From the NCBI RefSeq assembly GCF_030295995.1, contig NZ_AP027365.1, positions 1,860,066-1,892,065 of the forward strand: a stretch of DNA of 32,000 bases, in the 5' to 3' direction. Below are positions 29,309 through 32,000 of this stretch, piece by piece. The notes beneath the pieces were generated by a model. The model ran no database searches. It saw only the letters and a list, made by a program, of their open reading frames with translations, and had not been told where the DNA came from. The translations under genes and the position numbers were made by a program. This DNA comes from Thalassotalea hakodatensis. GTDB taxonomy: Bacteria > Pseudomonadota > Gammaproteobacteria > Enterobacterales > Alteromonadaceae. Each line of letters starts with the position of its first letter. Within the stretch, counting starts at the first letter, position 1.

Positions 29309-30547
29309 CTAAAGGCTAAGAAATACACCTGCAATTGCAGCACTCATTAAATTAGCTAGTGTTGCTGCCATCATTGCTTTCATACCAAGACGAGCAATAT
29401 CAGGACGACGCGAAGGTGCCATTGAACCTATACCACCAAGTAAGATAGCAATCGAAGATAAATTAGCAAAACCACATAATGCAAAAGTGATAATCGCTTG
29501 GGTAGAAGGTGTTAAAGTATCTTTGATTTCAACAAAATTTACATAAGCAAAAAACTCATTAACAACCACTTTTTGCCCTATAAAACTACCCGCTTGCAGC
29601 ATTTCTTCTGCGGGAACACCAATAACAAAAGCGAATGGAGCAAATACGTAGCCAAGTAACCATTCAATGGTTAAGTTTTCGATACCAAATAGGTTGCCAA
29701 CTCCGCCGACTAACATGTTTAAAAGCGCGATGAGCGCGATAAAAGCCAATAGCATTGCACCAACATTAACAGCTAATTTCATGCCTGATGCTGCGCCTGT
29801 TGCCGCTGCATCTATCACATTCACCGGTTTAATTTCTTGCTCTGAAATAGATAAGTTATTTGCTTGAATTTTATCAGCTTCGGTTTCCGGTAAAATAATT
29901 TTTGCCATTAACAAGCCACCAGGTGCAGCCATAAACGACGCCGCTATAAGATATTTTAGTTCAACACCGAGTCCTGCATAGCCGGCTAATATTGAACCCG
30001 CAACTGATGCTAATCCACCTACCATGATGGCAAATAATTCTGATTGAGTCATTGATGCAATGTAAGGTCGAACGACTAAAGGGGCTTCTGTTTGCCCAAC
30101 AAAAATGTTTGCTGTAGCAGACAGAGATTCAGGTTTACTTGTGCCAAGTAGTTTTTGCAGACCACCACCAATAATGCGAATGATCCATTGCATAATATTA
30201 AGGTGATAAAGTACGGCAATTAACGATGAGAAGAAAATAATGACCGGCAATACTCGTACGGCAAACACAAAGCCTACACCGTTGCTAAACATTTTATCAG
30301 TGCCTAGACCACCAAATATAAAGTTAATGCCAGCCTTAGCGCTATCAATGACGTTTTGTACGCCGTTGGTCATTGATTCGAGTACATCTTTACCGAATGG
30401 AATATATAGCACGAAAGCGCCAAGTATTAACTGTAGTAAAAATGCAAAACCAACGGTTCGAAAATTAATTGACTTCTTATGGCTACTTAACGCGTATGCT
30501 GCTACTAACAGCAAAACAATGCCTATGACCCCGTGTAACGCCCCCAT
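29309..30547 (-). CDS. nupC: NupC/CNT family concentrative nucleoside transporter
   Basis: 412-aa polytopic membrane protein with CNT motifs (GQTEAPL, FMAAPGGL, NEF.AY, CGFAN.SS). Confidence 0.88.
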   Translation of the reverse strand: MGALHGVIGIVLLLVAAYALSSHKKSINFRTVGFAFLLQLILGAFVLYIPFGKDVLESMTNGVQNVIDSAKAGINFIFGGLGTDKMFSNGVGFVFAVRVLPVIIFFSSLIAVLYHLNIMQWIIRIIGGGLQKLLGTSKPESLSATANIFVGQTEAPLVVRPYIASMTQSELFAIMVGGLASVAGSILAGYAGLGVELKYLIAASFMAAPGGLLMAKIILPETEADKIQANNLSISEQEIKPVNVIDAAATGAASGMKLAVNVGAMLLAFIALIALLNMLVGGVGNLFGIENLTIEWLLGYVFAPFAFVIGVPAEEMLQAGSFIGQKVVVNEFFAYVNFVEIKDTLTPSTQAIITFALCGFANLSSIAILLGGIGSMAPSRRPDIARLGMKAMMAATLANLMSAAIAGVFLSL

Positions 30548-30563
30548 GAAATATCCTCTATTA

Positions 30564-31202
30564 TTATTGTTGTATTAATTGTCTAATTTTTGCTTTTATG
30601 ACTTCAATGGCCATTCTATTTTTACCGCCTTTGTTGACAATAATGTCAGCCCAAGATTTAGAAGGAGCGATAAATTGATGATACATTGGTCTTACTGTTT
30701 GTTCATATTGTTGAGTGATAGAATCTATATCACGGTCTCGTTCTTCTATGTCACGCTTTATTCTTCGTAACAAACAAATATCTAATGGTGTATCCATGTA
30801 TATTTTTAGATCAAAACACTCTCGAAGGTTTTGATCAGCAAAAAGCAAGATACCTTCAACCAAAATAATCGGTGATGCGGGAATTGTCATCGTATCTGTT
30901 AAACGCGTGTGCGTTTTATAGCAATATACTGGACACTCTATATCTTTACCTTGTTGTAACATTCGTAACTGTTCAGCGAGCAAAGTATGCTCGAAAGCAT
31001 TAGGATGATCGTAATTAGTTTCAATTCTTTGCGGTAATGGAATGTGATCTTGATTTTTGTAGTACGCATCTTCTTTAATAATAGCGATACCGTTTTTACC
31101 CAGTTCAGGGAACAACTCTTGATAAATAGTTTGCGCAAATAGCGACTTACCAGAAGCAGAAGCCCCTGATATGGCAATAATCGTGGTTTTATTGGTTAGC
31201 AA
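30564..31202 (-). CDS. udk: Uridine kinase
   Basis: P-loop ISGASASGKS, NYDHPNAFE, RRIKRD. Collinear with E. coli Udk. TTG start as given by the ORF track; there is no in-frame ATG nearby. Confidence 0.88.
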   Translation of the reverse strand: MLTNKTTIIAISGASASGKSLFAQTIYQELFPELGKNGIAIIKEDAYYKNQDHIPLPQRIETNYDHPNAFEHTLLAEQLRMLQQGKDIECPVYCYKTHTRLTDTMTIPASPIILVEGILLFADQNLRECFDLKIYMDTPLDICLLRRIKRDIEERDRDIDSITQQYEQTVRPMYHQFIAPSKSWADIIVNKGGKNRMAIEVIKAKIRQLIQQ

Positions 31203-31317
31203 TCTTGGCCGCCTGTAAATAACATGGAAGAATAGCTGTTGAACGTTCGGTACAGGTTAATGTGTAGCCAGTAATTCAATATTGCTAATTTCTTTTACTA
31301 TAACTAAAGACTTAATG

Positions 31318-31332
31318 ATGGTAAATTACCAT
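31318..31332. promoter_or_regulatory. 15-bp palindrome ATGGTAAATTACCAT in the udk/deoB divergent region (candidate operator)
   Basis: Read directly from the sequence. It lies 57 nt upstream of the deoB ATG and 116 nt upstream of the udk start. Confidence 0.3.
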
Positions 31333-31388
31333 AACTTGACTAAATGGTCATGAAAAATTCATTTTTTGATGATAAAAAGGTGTGGAAA

Positions 31389-32000
31389 TGGCGCGAGCAA
31401 TTATATTAGTTTTAGATAGTTTTGGTATAGGGCATGCGCCTGATGCTGAAAAATTTGGTGATATTGGTGCCAATACTTTTGCTCATTTAGCCGAAAAACA
31501 CTTTGAAATGACAGGGCATAAAATTAATTTACCCAATCTTGCAAGTATGGGGCTTATTGAAGCCAGCTTCTCAGCGGGAAGTGAACGCTTCCCCGCAGAA
31601 CAATATCCAATAAAAAAAGGCGCGTTTGGCTATGCAGCAGAATTGAGCAGCGGAAAAGATACTCCTAGTGGTCATTGGGAAATGGCAGGTGTACCGGTTT
31701 TGTTTGATTGGGGTTACTTCACGGATAAAGAAAATGCTTTCCCTAAAGAGCTAATGCAAATCATTAACGAAGCAACCGGCTATGCTGGTATGCTTGGTAA
31801 CTGCCATGCATCAGGTACAGAAATTATCGCTCGTTTAGGTGAAGAACATATTAAAACGGGCTTACCTATTTGTTACACCTCTGCAGATAGTGTATTTCAA
31901 GTAGCAGCACATGAAGAACATTTTGGTTTAGACAATTTATATACTTATTGTGAAATGGTGCGTTCTTTACTCGATGATTATAATATTGGTCGTGTGATAG
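31389..32000 (+). CDS. deoB: Phosphopentomutase (5' partial, runs off the window end)
   Basis: Not in the ORF track because it has no stop within the window. ATG at 31389 is preceded by AAGGTG. Translation [31 protein letters not shown]...[25 protein letters not shown] matches remembered E. coli DeoB. Confidence 0.9.

Noticed and set aside
27303-31177. Opposite-strand and overlapping ORFs 27303..27527, 28653..28853, 29667..29867, 30240..30578, 30579..30770 and 30938..31177
   Set aside because: All overlap well-supported salvage genes (upp, deoC, nupC, udk) on the opposite strand or out of frame. They are shadow ORFs.

Overview
AT-rich gammaproteobacterial chromosome. The gene order looks Alteromonadales/Colwellia-like, inferred from synteny only: cysZ divergent from smc-zipA-ligA, and yfbV divergent from ackA-pta. 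The window is almost entirely core housekeeping genes. In order: ybiT (ABC-F), ygiQ (radical SAM), an S9 peptidase lipoprotein, cysZ, smc, zipA, ligA, three small uncharacterised genes, an M48 lipoprotein peptidase, a ParD-like/Map pair, a tightly packed ACT-yffB-dapE-M15-small membrane protein operon, pta-ackA, yfbV, rlmA, xthA, and a nucleoside-salvage block (upp, tdk, deoC, nupC, udk, divergent deoB). I found no CRISPR array, tRNA/rRNA gene, transposase, integrase or recognisable defence island. The items most worth follow-up are: (1) a ParD-like ribbon-helix-helix antitoxin-family gene translationally coupled (8-nt overlap) to an apparently catalytically intact type I methionine aminopeptidase, a toxin-antitoxin-like architecture with no recognised toxin; (2) a 269-bp highly structured element with perfect 18-bp terminal inverted repeats sitting exactly on the upp stop codon, where removing it restores a clean TAA-TAA site (MITE with TA duplication, or a structured RNA); (3) a signal-peptide-bearing protein with two HVTL (2H phosphoesterase-type) motifs; (4) ybiT apparently initiating at ATT; (5) an inverted pair of DnaA-box-like sequences plus a third box in a 435-bp palindrome-rich intergenic region. 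All functional calls come from reading the translated ORFs against remembered family motifs. No database search was run.
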